Part shown: piece by piece, positions 37,492-50,730 of the stretch | Position numbering within the stretch: position 1 is the first letter of the stretch | Layout: each line of letters begins with the position of its first letter | Source: Octopus bimaculoides | Lineage: Eukaryota | Reading direction: 5' to 3' | NCBI RefSeq assembly: GCF_001194135.2 | Contig: NC_068982.1 | Span: 174,659,727-174,723,726, forward strand | DNA length: 64,000 nucleotides | Made by a program: the position numbers and the translations under genes | Notes under the pieces: generated by a model | Database searches by the model: none | What the model saw: the letters and a program-made list of their open reading frames with translations, nothing else | Told to the model about the DNA's origin: nothing

Positions 37492-40415
37492 ATGGTAAAG
37501 TTGACCTTGGAGGGTTTAGAACTCGGAACATAAAAAGACAGAGGGAATGCCGTTAAGCATTTTGCCTGGCATGCTAACGTTTCTGCCAGCTTTATTTCTT
37601 TTTAGAGAGAGAGATTTGAATATTATACCAAGCGAGTTCAGTAATTACATAGAAATTCTCTTGCTGACTTGCTTACCTCAACCATAAAATTTAACTAATC
37701 TCTTTGTCCATAGAAAATATTGAAGTAAGAATTTTCTTTCTTGAATAAACATATTGTTATTCTTTAAATAACTGTTTCTATTTGCAAGTATCACATGAGA
37801 ATGTAAATTAAATCATTGGCTTACATAGTAAGATTGTTATAGCTGAACTTTTCAGTTTTCTAATCCTAGATGTACTCAGAAGGTCTGGTACTTGGTTCTA
37901 GCTTTTTGGTATTAAGCAGAAAGTAAATTCTTGCTTTTCATATGGTGGTGGTCTATCTCAGGTAACATTCCCAAATATTATTCCCAACAATTGGCTGAAT
38001 TCAAGCATGTAAACACGTACTACTCATATCATCACCTTCCTCTTTATTTTACTATTTTTTAAAAATTTATTTTGGCATGATTTAAGTCAGCATGCAGTCT
38101 TGTATACACCCACCCAACATTCTCAGACTAGACCTTACTACTTTCCATCTCTCTCTTGAGCTTTCTCTACCATAAGATACCTCCTACTGACAGCATATGA
38201 TACATTTTCATTCAACAAGAGTCATTCATTCACATAAAATATCTATACTAGCAAAGACACATCTATACAAATCAGCTCATTGCTTTAACAACCATAACCC
38301 CAACAACATTTCTGTGCTGAGCACTCATGTCAGGAAATCCTATAGTTTCTACTCTGCCTTTTGAGTTCAAATTCGACTGGGGTTAACTTTACTTTGCATT
38401 CTTCTAGGGTTGATAAAAAAAAATGATCAGGTATACACTAGGAAATTTATTCAGGTTTGTTCACTCTTTTCTTTTCTCTAATGATTATTTTTATCACAAC
38501 CACCTCCAGCATCGATGCAGTTACCTAAGTAGCAGAAACTATTAACATGTTCCAATAAACAACAAAATAACCTGTACTGGCTATGAATTCAACATATATG
38601 TACTGTTAGTTCAGCTATTTTGGCATTCATGTAAAAGTTAGTAAAATATATATAAAGTAATAAATGATGGAATTAATTCTAAGGTGGTTTCTCTGGAAAC
38701 ATGTAAACAACATTTAAACTGGCTGGTTTACTTTCAACTATTTTGCCCAGCCAACTGTAACACAATTACAATCAAAGCAGAACCAGCTTTTATGAACAAC
38801 TGAACCCAGCTTATCCATTGCTTAAAATAGTCTAACCCCCAACTGCTCTTTTTTCCCCCCCAGTCAGTCACCATTACAACCTTGACCTAACCTCAAACAA
38901 GTATTATCTCTGTCCTCCAGTGCATGAGAAACATAAAAGTAAAAAGGCTAGCAACATGGTTGACTCTCTTCAGACTACATAGGGGAAGGGGTGCAAAAAC
39001 AAACAATAAAGAAACACATGTGAAGATATTCATTCACATATCGAATGAGAATAGGAAATGCATTTGCACATAAATATACACAGAAATTTGGGGACATGTA
39101 TTGTTGAATTGTTAACAAGTTTATTTTGCAGTGGTGTGGTCATGCATTCAGTCTCACTCCACTGCACTCTCCTTCCATAAATTTATTAGATCTAACATAT
39201 AGAGCCCCATCAAATGAGCTGTACATAGAATTTAAAGAGTCAGCTTTATTACACAATGTCACTGTGATTCTGCTTGTGGATCAGTCAAATACTCAACCAC
39301 TTACCCTATAATTTAATAAATTGGTAGTTTATTGAACATCTAAACTCATTGTTGATACCAATGTAATATCCACATTTGCTCACTTAATAGAGAAACCCAT
39401 ATATATGTAGGTGCAGACATGACTGTATGGTAAGAAGCTTGCTTCCCAACCACATGGTTCCAGGTTCAGTCCCACTACATGACACCTTAGACAAATGTCT
39501 TTTACTATTGCCTCAGTCTAACCAAAGCCTTGTGGGTGGATTTGGTAGGCGGAAACTGAAAGAAGCTCATACATGTGTATGTGACCACTGCTTGACAACT
39601 GGTGTTGGTGTGTTTACCTCTCTTTAACTTAACAGTTCAACAAAGGAAACCATGGCGGTTTGGTAAGAAATTTGCTACTCAACTACACGGTTCTGGGTTT
39701 AGTCTCACTAGTGCTTTCTACTGTAGCCCTGGGCTGACCAAAACCTTGTGAGTGGATTTGGTACACAGAAACTGAAAGAAGCCCAACATAAAAATGAAAA
39801 ATCATTAGGATATTCCGAGTAAATAGAAATGAGATGCCTCTAGTTTGAAACTTTTGTTTTGTCATTTATGAGACCCGTTTAAGTTGAAATCATTCTTTTG
39901 GTTATCAGGTTGAAATAGTGATCCTTTGGCTGTCAATGAATGAGACCCAGTTAGGTACCGTTGTGATCTTAGTTTGTTAAACTTCTAAATTCTTTCTTGG
40001 GATTTTAAAGCAACACTCACATGGTTTCTGGTTCAGTTCCACTATGTAGCATCTTGGGCTAGTATCTTCTACTATAAACCTGAGCCAATCAAAGCCTTGT
40101 TGGTGGCTTTGGTTGATGGAAGCTAAAAGAAACTTGTTTGTGTGTGTATGTGTGTTGGTCTTGATGTACAATAGTTCTAATTGAGCATCACTGTCACACA
40201 AACTTTGTCCTTCATGTTGAATCTTACATGAAAATATTTCCAGTCATGCAGAAGCATTACCTTGCTTGGAAACAGCTGAAGGTTGGTGACAGGAAGGGCA
40301 TCCAAACAGAAAACTTTTCTATGCAAACCTGGAAAAGTGAACTTTAAAACAATGTTGATGATATTAATGATAATATTGAAATAAATAATTTCTTTCTATT
40401 TTTGTTTTGTTTCAG

Positions 40416-40547
40416 TACGGCAAAAAGGTAAAGAATTGATTGATTTCATCCAGGATGATGAGAGGCTAAGAGATGAACGGAAGAAAGCCAAAAAAACAAA
40501 AGACAAGTACATTGGAATGGCCAGTGACAGCCATGGTATCAGATATA
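40416..40547 (+). CDS. CLINT1: CLINT1 coding exon (end of ENTH domain and basic helix)
   Basis: Acceptor tttgttttgtttCAG; G|TA gives V, then RQKGKELIDFIQDDERLRDERKKAKKTKDKYIGMASDSHGIRY+A; donor GTAAGT at 40548 (phase 1). Phases match the neighbouring exons. Confidence 0.96.
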
Positions 40548-42778
40548 GTAAGTTCTCAAGACAAGGTCTTTACTCTGTTTTATGCTTTATTTTTTTATTT
40601 TTTTTTTATACTGTTAAGAAAATAAAACTTACACTGGCAGAGATGACTCAGAAAAAATGCTATTTAGATACTTCACTTTTCTGAGTACAAATTTTTTTGT
40701 TGCTCCAGGGAACTGATAATCTTAGTATCTGAAATTATAATACTAACCCTATTCTGACTTTGACAGATATCAGCTTTCTGCCATGTCAAAGTAAGAATTT
40801 TAAATAACTTGCTTAGTTATGTAAACATACCTGTTAAGTTCACCACAGTCTGGATCTGTGATTTACATTTCTTTTTCACTTCCCTTCTGTGGTTATTGCC
40901 TTCTGGAAAGATAGGATCGTTATTTCTAACTTTCCTCCACTTGAAATCTGAGACTTTGAGACTACTTGTATTTTAAAAGTTAGTTTGAAGTTGAGAAGTA
41001 AGTTCCTGGCAAATTATGTCTGAAGTTCCTTTTGCTAAATCCTGCCCTTCTCAAGTGATCAGACTCTATTCTGATGTCCAAACTAATATTGAGATAGGTT
41101 TTCATTGATACATATTATTCATATTCAACTGCTGCTATTTAGATTTTGTTCCTAAACTGAACACATGCTTCTGATCACCTAATAAGAAGTCCTATGATTT
41201 TTTCCAAAACTATTTGAACACCTGATTTTATTAAGCAGCTAGAATTGCTTCTCTAAAATAGGCATAATTGTCAAAATTTTGCATTTTTGGCCACCTACAA
41301 ATCTGAAGCTCTGTTCCTATAAATGAGATTGTTATTATCATTACCATTATTAATGCTGTGATTAATTTGTTACTTATTAAACCACTGCAGTTGTAGAAAT
41401 GATTGCTTGAATGTCTTATCTTTGGGATATAACTCCATCCATCCATATTCTGATTTTTTCAGATTCTGGGGTTGACTTGACTTTTCATCTGATTGGTATT
41501 GATAAAATAATACTAGTCGTGTACAAGGTTTGATTTAATTAGCTATTTTCATAGTCTACAAGTTTATGACCTTGTACTAGTATGAGAAATCATTATTATT
41601 AGTATTATTATTAGTGTGGTGAAGTCACAGAAAGGGTAGACTGCCAGGCTTGTGATATTCATTAAATCCAGAGCCCAAGAAAACTAGTGTTTATCTGCCT
41701 AGGCAAAAATGTTTCAGTAAAATTCATAAATTTGGATAAGTTTATATGCTATGGAAATGAAACTGCTGTCATTTAAAGCAAAGCTCTTCAGAAAATCAAA
41801 ATGTCTTTATTTCTTATGAAAGGCTTCACTTATTCAATTTGCTTAAAACTTATCCAATTTGTGAGTTTCACTAAAATCACATGCTATATACATCTTTTGA
41901 GGTATCCTGTCTTATTCCAGCATCATTGTTATTATATTTTCTCGAATCACCCATGATTTCAAGTGATGGTCTGAACAATAGACACTTGGTACTGCTAGTT
42001 TTTTATTGACTACTTCTGTATTTTAAAACCTGTGGCCCCTTCTGTAGTTTATTGTGGAGAATGCAGATATGTTGGCTGATATGGTCCCAGATAACTGAGA
42101 AGCCAGTATTTTGTGTATTGCATACATAACAAAGGCACTTAACTCTGAATGGCCAAATCCACCAAACTTTCCGTATGGGCCATGGGTTTTATGTGATTCA
42201 CTGCTGTAAGTAGTGACAACACTATAAAAATGGCAAGGTTTTTTTTGTTTTCTTTTTTTATTCTACTGTGCTCAGTTAAATTCCTGCAACAAGAAAACCT
42301 TAATCTCATCAAAATGGAAGATAAACACTGGCTTAATAGGCCACAAATATCTGTAACTGGTCTCATAAATTTCTAATTACATAATAATCTTCATATGTTT
42401 GGTGAGTGGATGGCAGAATTGGCACAGCATTGGCCAAAATAACTGATGCTGTTTAGTTCCAATTTTTTCTGAGTTCAAATTTCACCCAGATCCACCTTTT
42501 CTTTAATCCTCCCAGAGTCAGTAAAATAGATATCAAATAATAAAACAAGCACTAGAGTTGATGTAATTGATTGGTTGTAAAAGAAGGTAATGATTATCCT
42601 AGCTTTCCCATGATCAGTAACTGAAAAGAGTAAAAATACATATCAACAAAAATATTTTGTAAAACAATATTTTCTATTATTTTTTTTCCCCCACTTGTTA
42701 TTGTTGTTACTGTTTGTCCCTCCTCTGTGTTTTTTCTCTTTTTCTCTTTTCTTTCTTACCTTTCCAATATTATTGAAG

Positions 42779-42965
42779 GAGACCGTTATGATGAAGACTA
42801 CCGCTCGACACCATCTGCAACGTCATCACACATTGGCAGGTTAGACGATATTGATGATTGGAATAGAGGCAAGAAGTCAGTTGCAAGTGAAGCAATAGAT
42901 AAAGTAAAGGATCTCTGGCACCGTGCACATGGCAAGAAAAATATAGATGATGTTATAGACTATAG
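42779..42965 (+). CDS. CLINT1: CLINT1 coding exon (post-ENTH linker)
   Basis: First AG (42777-42778) after a long AG-free pyrimidine tract; (R)DRYDEDYRSTPSATSSHIGRLDDIDDWNRGKKSVASEAIDKVKDLWHRAHGKKNIDDVIDY+AG; donor AG|GTAAGA at 42966 (phase 2). RY-x-DRYD parallels RYSERYD of vertebrate CLINT1 (from memory). Confidence 0.88.
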
Positions 42966-43084
42966 GTAAGACGTTCTTAATCGGGCTGGCAGGAAGGAAG
43001 GAAAGAAGGCAGGCAAGCAGGCAAACTTTTAACAAAAACAGAATTAAAACAAAAACTCTACCATCTCTCAGTAAGTTCCAACTG

Positions 43085-43790
43085 GCTGGTTTTTTCTGTT
43101 GGTTGGTTGGCTAGCTGACTGGCTGACTAGTGGTTTAATAAATTCACTTATTAATTCATTGGTTAATTGACCAGTTCATTGATTTTAAGGGTTGGGGGCT
43201 AGTTTATTGCTGTCTGATATACTGACTGGTAATTTGATTTGGCAGAATTGGTAGCATGCTGGTCGAAATGCTTAGCAGTATTTCGTCTGTCTTTACATTC
43301 TGAGTTCAAATTCCACCGAGGTCGACTTTGCCTTTCATCCTTCTGGGATCGATAAATTAAGTACCAGTTGTGTACTGGGGTCGATTTTATTGACTGGCCC
43401 CCTCCCCCAAAATTTCAGGCCTTGTGCCTATAATAGAAAAGATTATAACCTTCAAGCTGATTGGTTAATTGCCTAACTGACCAGCTGCTAATTAGCTTTG
43501 CAGTTAGCTAGCAGCTTTTTGATTGGCTGGGCAACAAGCTGACTGCCAATCTAGTTTAACCTTCTAGCTAGAGTTTTTTGGCTGATTGGTTGGTTATTTT
43601 GCTGGCAACCCATCAATCTACTGGACTGTTTGGCTATTTTGCCAGTAGTTGATTGACCCACTAAGTTAGTTGGTTGATTTATTCTGTGATCAGCTGACCA
43701 GTGGATTGGTTGGTTGGTTACCTTGCTGACTTTTATTTGGACTGGCTGATCAGCCATATCACCTTGGCTAGCTAACTAACAGACTATACT
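43085..43790 (+). repeat. Degenerate tetranucleotide (TTGG/CTGG/CTGA/CTAG) satellite interrupted by a SINE
   Basis: Visible 4-nt periodicity on both sides of the SINE at 43243-43445. Confidence 0.7.
43243..43445 (+). mobile_element. SINE family B, least-diverged copy in the window
   Basis: GGCAGAATTGGTAGCATG..GAGTTCAAATTCCACCGAGGTCGACTTTGCCTTTCATCCTTCTGGGATCGATAAATTAAGTACC..GGCCTTGTGCCTA; retains CpGs lost in other copies. Confidence 0.88.
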
Positions 43791-44724
43791 GGCCAGTAGA
43801 CTTCACCCATTGACAGGTTCTTCATTGGGGATAGTAGAAGGGGATACTTAAAATAATTAATCTGAAAATTTATAAAATAATTAGAATTTTAAAAATGTTA
43901 TTCTAAATTTTAAATGATACTAATTTATTTGAAAGAAATGCTAGTTTCTAAATGAGGTGGTGTTGATGGTGGTGGTGTTGATGTTTGGGTAATTACCAAT
44001 CAGTGTTGAAGAAAGATGATGAATGGTTGTGTCAGGGTATTTCATTAAGCTGCGTTTTGAAGTTTTGGAATTGTGTGTATGTGTTGTGGATGGATGGTTT
44101 ATCATGCTGAAGATTTAGTTGCGTTGTTATTCTGAGGTAGAAAAAAAAAATCCCACCAGGAACAAACTTTGCCTTTTATATTGCAATCGGGTTGATAAAA
44201 ACATAAAAAATAGTAACAGTAAAATCAGTTATAGCCACAACCTAATTTCCCTTAACAAACTAGTAGAGCCCTTGTATTAAGACAAAAGAACTACTCTCCC
44301 CCAATGTACATGTACATACATATGGAAATAGTGATACATATGTAAATACACACACACACACACACACACATATATATGTAATATTTAGTGTATGCAGGCA
44401 TATACATGTATGCATGTTTGTAGAGAAATATTGTTTCTTCTCTAAAAAATTAGATAGCCTGAAGAAAAGTGAATGTAGTAGGGTTCTTGTGCAATGCCCA
44501 TCGCCTTTTTATGGTCTCCTTGCTTGATGGGATAAATATAACTGAGTGAAGTTTGTCCCTTTTCCTGGTCAGCTTATTGAAATCTTTCTTTATAGTAGTT
44601 TGAGGTTTGCATAGATTGGATTAGAGTTTTAATGACATGTAGATTATTATGTGTTAGGTTGCAAAAGTGTGTATTGTCTGTTAATAAATACAAACTGGAA
44701 TATTTATATCTACACAGCCTACAT

Positions 44725-44761
<37 letters not shown>

Positions 44762-45654
44762 CTATATATATATATATATATATAAATAGTTGAAATTTAC
44801 AGATAAACAAAAGACGTAGACAGGTATATGAACAACATGTAAGTGTATTAGTTTGACACTTGGGAAAGTGAGAAAGTCTTTTATATTTTGAGCCTTCACT
44901 CATCAACAGAAAGGAATATGATATATGTATATACATACATACATACATACATACAATACAATACATACTCTACCTATTCAAACACCTGTACATGTATATA
45001 TATGTAAAATCAATCATTTCTCATTTACCTGCATTCTATTATGCTGTTGATGGTCATGTCAGTAAGGTACTCATCAACAAGGCCAGAGGTAGTCTTGTAT
45101 GACAGGAACTACGTTGGTTTTGTTGAAAGCCAAGGCATTTATTTATCAACAAACCAGTTTGTCCTACTCTTACAAGTAGCATCTGCAACACTGTTGTAGA
45201 AGATAAAAGTGCCCTATCCACTCGGAAATTTCAGCTCACTTGCTTAATGTTACTAGAAGCCTGGAGATTTTGCTGCTCTATAATATCCTTGTATATTTAG
45301 AAATTAATAGCTTTGTATTTCATGGTATGTTACAGTTTCTAGTTACTTTATTTATAAATTTTATAGCTGTAGAGAAAAAGGAATTATATTTTAACTTTGA
45401 GTCTTTAAGAATCCAAAATTTAAAAAATAAGCAAATTGGCTTCTGGCTTCTTTTAAATTGCGTCTTTATCCATCTTTCAGTTTGTTAAGTAATTTTCAGT
45501 TTTTTTGAAATTAAGATTTTTGTTTTGTGTTTGGTTAGTTTTGAAATAGGTAGGTGTTTCATATTTCTCTTGGCTGGATTTCAAATTCATATTCTTTCAC
45601 GATCAACTGATTTTCAGGGTTTATATTCTGTATGTGTGTGTGTGTGTGTGTACA

Positions 45655-46929
45655 TACAAGGGTAAGTCAAAACTTATATGCACTCTTGTTTCTGTAATTA
45701 AAACAAAAACAGGGGTTGAGCAATTACATCATTTTTCAACACAGTCTCCTTGCTTTTCACTGCACTTTTTCCAGTGGGTCACAAGTTTGCTTATTTCATT
45801 AGCGGAAAAGGTTTTTGGCTGGTCATACAGCACTTGGTGCACCACTTCCTGTGCTTCTTCATTCATAGTAAATTGATGATCTCATAAGGGATGTTTGAGT
45901 TGTCCAAAGAGATGGTAGTAAAAAGGAGTGAGACCTGTCCTGTATGCAGGGTGTTCCAGCTACTTGAAACACAATTTTTCGGTGGTTTCAATGGTGTGGG
46001 CAGCCATATGTGGGTGTGCATTGTTGTGCAACAATAACATTTGCTTTGACAACAGACGTCAGCGTTTGGTGCAAATTGCTGGTTACACTGTAGCTTACAC
46101 TGGTGACTGTTGATCCCTTTCCAAGTAATGTTCTGGTAGAGTCCCTTTGTCATCCCCAGAAATCACTTTTTCTGTAGAAGGTTATGTCTTGAATTTCTTT
46201 TTCACTGGTGATTCCAGGTGTTTCCACTTTATACTCTGCCTTTTAAATTTTGACTCAAAGTGATAAACCCAGGTCTCATCTATGATTATTCTGTCCAAAA
46301 AAACTTCATCTTCATTGTTGTAGCATTTGAGTAAACATTGCCAGATCTCCACACAGTTGCGCTTATGTGCTTTGGTAAGCTCTCTTGGCACCCATCTCAC
46401 ACACTTTATGGAAGTGAAGCTTGTTGTGGATGAGTTTGTGTGCAGAATTATGATTGATTTGCAAAGAATATTCCACTGCATTGATGGCCACTTGTCAGTT
46501 CACCAGAACTATCTCTTGTGCTTGCTGAATCTTTATGTCAGTGGTAGAGATTGATGGGCATCTTGCTCCTTCCATGTGCTTTATACTTGTCTTGCCATTT
46601 TTAAACTTCTTGATCCATTCATACACACTTATACATGGCAAAGTACTGTCCTCATATTGTACTGAAGGTCTGCAATGAATTTCAGCTCTAGACTCACCTT
46701 TAGACCAGAAAAATCAGATCACTGATCTCTATTCTTCCTTGGTGCACTCTGCCAGTGGAGCAGGCATGTGAACTCTGTAACACAAGAAAGAAAAGTGAAC
46801 CGACCGAGGTCAAACTTCAGTTATATAACCATGAGAGTACCACCTTTTAGCATGCAAGCACTTAAGGCATTGTGGCCAACCCAGAGGAAGTTTTGATGAA
46901 AGTGCAGATAATGTTTGATTTCCCTTATG
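45655..46929 (-). mobile_element. Full-length, non-functional mariner transposon (~1.27 kb)
   Basis: TA+CAAGGGTAAGTCAAAACTTATATGCACT (45655-45684) versus the reverse complement of 46901-46928, about 22 of 28 identical; encloses a decayed transposase gene. Confidence 0.92.
45729..46767 (-). pseudogene. mariner transposase pseudogene (~345 codons)
   Basis: ATG at 46767: MPAPLAECTKEE*RSVI*FFWSKG..VYEWIKKFKNG..KVCVRWVPRELT..FLDRII.DETWVYHF..KKKFK..LLHNNAHPH..GDCVEK*. WVPREL and DETW motifs present; stops and frameshifts. Confidence 0.93.
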
Positions 46930-46948
46930 TGCGTGTGTGTGTGTGTGT

Positions 46949-46993
<45 letters not shown>

Positions 46994-47042
46994 NNNNNNN
47001 NNNNNNNNNNNNNNNNNNNNNNNNNNNNNNNNNNNNNNNNNN

Positions 47043-47101
<59 letters not shown>

Positions 47102-47668
47102 TACATACATGTGCACACATACATTCACACACACACTTAAATATTCTTAACATACCTTCAGTTATATATATTTAAATTACGATGAAGGCTAACCGTATTG
47201 TTGGACTGAATTTAAAGTGTGAATTTGAGTGCTTCAAATGAAATACATTAAAGGATTGTTTACGAGTATCATATGCTTTGGAGGTTGTTCTTTAAATTAA
47301 TAATACTTTAATTGATACTGTTTTAAGTATCACACTTTCAAAATATGTTTCCAGCAGGTCTCTTATTTATAGATGTCCTGTTTATATTACACATCTCATT
47401 TCAATCAAGCGACTGTGGATATCATTGATAGGCTGAACAAAGAAAGAAAGTAGACAAACACCTGTAGACTCTACAAAACCGTTTCTTTGTTTTGTTTTTT
47501 TTTTGCTATTCACTTCCAAAAGCATCTCATTTGTTATAAAACAGATTGCTTACAGCAAATTGTTTTTAAAAAAAGCAAATAGGTAGTAGATCAACAAAAT
47601 TTGGTACAAATGAGCAAAATCAAATGCCACCCAGGTCAGTTTTGTTGTATTGTCTTGCAAGATTGATA

Positions 47669-47677
47669 ACACACACA

Positions 47678-47731
<54 letters not shown>
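47669..47731. repeat. (CA)n microsatellite
   Basis: Direct reading. Confidence 0.95.
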
Positions 47732-47734
<3 letters not shown>

Positions 47735-50569
47735 TAGATGAAGTACTAGAGTCAGTTAAGTAAAACCTTGAAGATGGTTCTCCAACTTGGTTGCAATCCA
47801 ATGGCTGAATCTACCGAAAGAATAAGAGAAAAACAGCAGAAAAGAAATCCTTTTACATTAGATATTAGATCATTTCTAATCTCTATTCTTGTTAACATCT
47901 CACCATCAAACTGTTTTGTTACTTTATAATGTTAATTAAAGGGCTGGCAGAGCTGCAGATGGCCAAATCAATCAGGTACTTAATAGTCAACCAACCCCCA
48001 GATTGAAGGCTTATAATCTGCTTTTAGTAGTACACTGTGCTATTTCTTTTAGCTGTAAATAGGTACTCCAAGATAGTAGAGTTCACTGCTCTAACAATGA
48101 CATTGTTAAATTAACTTGTAATTAATTAGCTTATAATACTAAGTTTAAAACCATATGTGAGTATAATAAAAAAAAAAAGAAGTTGTGTCCCACAAATCTT
48201 ATCAGTCTTTACAAGTATATCCTACCAGCTGCTAATTTTGTTTTTTACTCAGAATTCAATTATATTAATCTTAATTGTACTAACAAAACTTATGAACTTA
48301 GCTCGGTGATTTCATTTGTCACAACTCTAGTTGCCATTTAGAAATAATTATTAATATTTTATCTGATATGTATTTTGCATTCTGTTTTGGTAAATTCTCA
48401 TTGTAATTAGTGAATGCAGTCTATAGCACACCTGCAGAAGCCTTGACCATTAGCTGCCCCGTAATCAATGGAAATTTGGCTTGAAATTGAGTGGTTAGTC
48501 TTGATGAGAAGTACTATTACAGCCAGTGTTAGGAGAGGTTATTCAACCAGATATAAAATAAAAAATGTCCAGTTTGCATGATTAATTTCTCTACAAATAT
48601 TAAATTGTATTTTCACACATGCAAGCATAAAACATGTGTGGATATTAGAAAATAAGAAGTAATCACTTTGGGAGTATGCATATTATACTGTCAGAGTAGA
48701 GCAATAAACAATTTGACTCGTATAGATAACATAAAGCTACTGGCTTGGGGAAATAGATATTGAAATGATGTTGAAGTGTTGTGTAAGTTGTCTCCTGAGA
48801 TTGTTCTCTAAAGTTTCTGGGGACCAAAATATTAGCTGATACATGCAACAGAGTCAACTGCACTCATATTAAGTATTAAGCATCTGCATCCTGAGGGGTT
48901 CCTCCCACCCAGGAGACTGCATAACTCTTGTTTCATGGCATGATGTAGATAAGTGATAGACTTCCATTTAGATAGGTCATCAGATGATCCAGTACCGATT
49001 CCTGACTGTTAGGTGAACTCATGTTACGTAGAATAAAATGCTCATAGTCTAATACATTATATACCCTGTCATCTTCCCTCTACACATGCTGGTATAGACT
49101 TATAAGTGGATGACATAATATTGCTGTTGATAGCTGAGGATAAATAAGAATGAAGAAATAGTTTCCCCTCCTGTTAAAACTTGCTATGAAGCCTTTGCAC
49201 TATCTCTTTGAAAGTCAAGCTTCATGGATAAGCTGAAAGAGAACTGAGATGTTTGAAAATGTTCTCTTTTATTCAACACATTCTAGCATGAAATGAAACT
49301 GAATGTTGTTGATGATGATGATATGTTACTACAAGCTCATAATGAAACAAAATGAGATGTTCTTTATTGAATTAAGATAGTATAATTATGTAATTTACCT
49401 GAAATATGATATAGGGAGAGTGATGAAAACCACAAAATTCAATAAAATAAAAATAAATTTATTGAGTATTTTACTTTAACAATCCCATATCACAAACTGA
49501 GAGATTTGAATCAAGCATTCATCATTCTCTCATATTTATAAGTAAATGTAAATTTTTGTTGTTGTTCAGCTTTAAGTTGGCCTTATGATTAAAAATATTT
49601 TAGTCATAACTACCGTTCTGCATTTTTTCATAGACTACATTATCCATTGTGTAAGGGGTGATTTTGAGAGGAATCTGCTTTTATTTTTTGCTGGTTGAGT
49701 GACCATGTAGAAAATCACTTGGCTCCCATACATGTGAATTGTTTGTGTACGTGCTATCTTTTATCAACATTTATACGTGAATTAATATTCCCCTCATGTT
49801 CATTGAGGCAGGTATTAGCTATTTGGTGTCTTCTTGATGAAATACAATTGACCTCAGTGAAAGAAAAAAATTGAAAGAAAATTTGTTTCGTAAGTCCAAG
49901 CTGTCTTGCCTCAGGAATCAACGGTAAACACATGCTATGTGGCTGTGTGATTAGATATATAGTTCACATCAAACGTTCTAACAGAAATAGAACTTCAATC
50001 TCTGGTCAATAAATAAATCTTTAATAGCCAGCTAGTTGGCTTTTGTTGAACAAAATGCTGTCTAGATACCTTTAATTAAATAGAATTTTACTTGTGAAGA
50101 AATTTATCAAGCAACCTTTCAGCTTAGTCTTATCAATTTCACTAAGATCAGTTGATAAAACTTATATTACTATTATCAAGTACAAATATACTAGCTCCTA
50201 CATTAAAGTACAAAAGTTAAATGAATTCTGATATAAAGTGGTACTAGCTTACTTGATGTAAGTAAGCCAAGAAGTTCTAAGTGAAATTACATCTTTATTA
50301 ATGGGAACGATCATTTTCTAAATTTCTAATTCTCATGAAAAAGGAATTGGGAGACACGATTTTAATTAACTAAACTTAATTAAAAATGGAATGCAACATA
50401 GAGTGAGTTTGATATTTAGCAATATGGAGATGACTTACTTTACTATCTGTTAGATTTTGAATTAAAAATAGTTGTTAGAACAATGTTTTTGAAATGAAAA
50501 CAAATGATTGGTATCCTGTTTTTTAAAAGGTTATAACATGGGCAAAAAAAAAAAAAATCAGCCATGAAT

Positions 50570-50730
50570 AAAGCACCCAGTAAGTGGTTTGTGTTAGGAA
50601 GAGCATCCAGCCATAGAAACCATTCCAATGCAGACATTTGAATCTATTACAGCCCTGGACCCATTGGGTCCTATCAAATTATCCAATCCACGCCATCATG
50701 AAAGATAGATGTTAACAAATGAGGATGATG
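50570..50730 (+). mobile_element. RTE 3' tail, decayed
   Basis: AAAGCACCCAGTAAGTGG..TTAGGAAGAGCATCCAGCCATAGAAACC..GATGATG. Confidence 0.7.
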
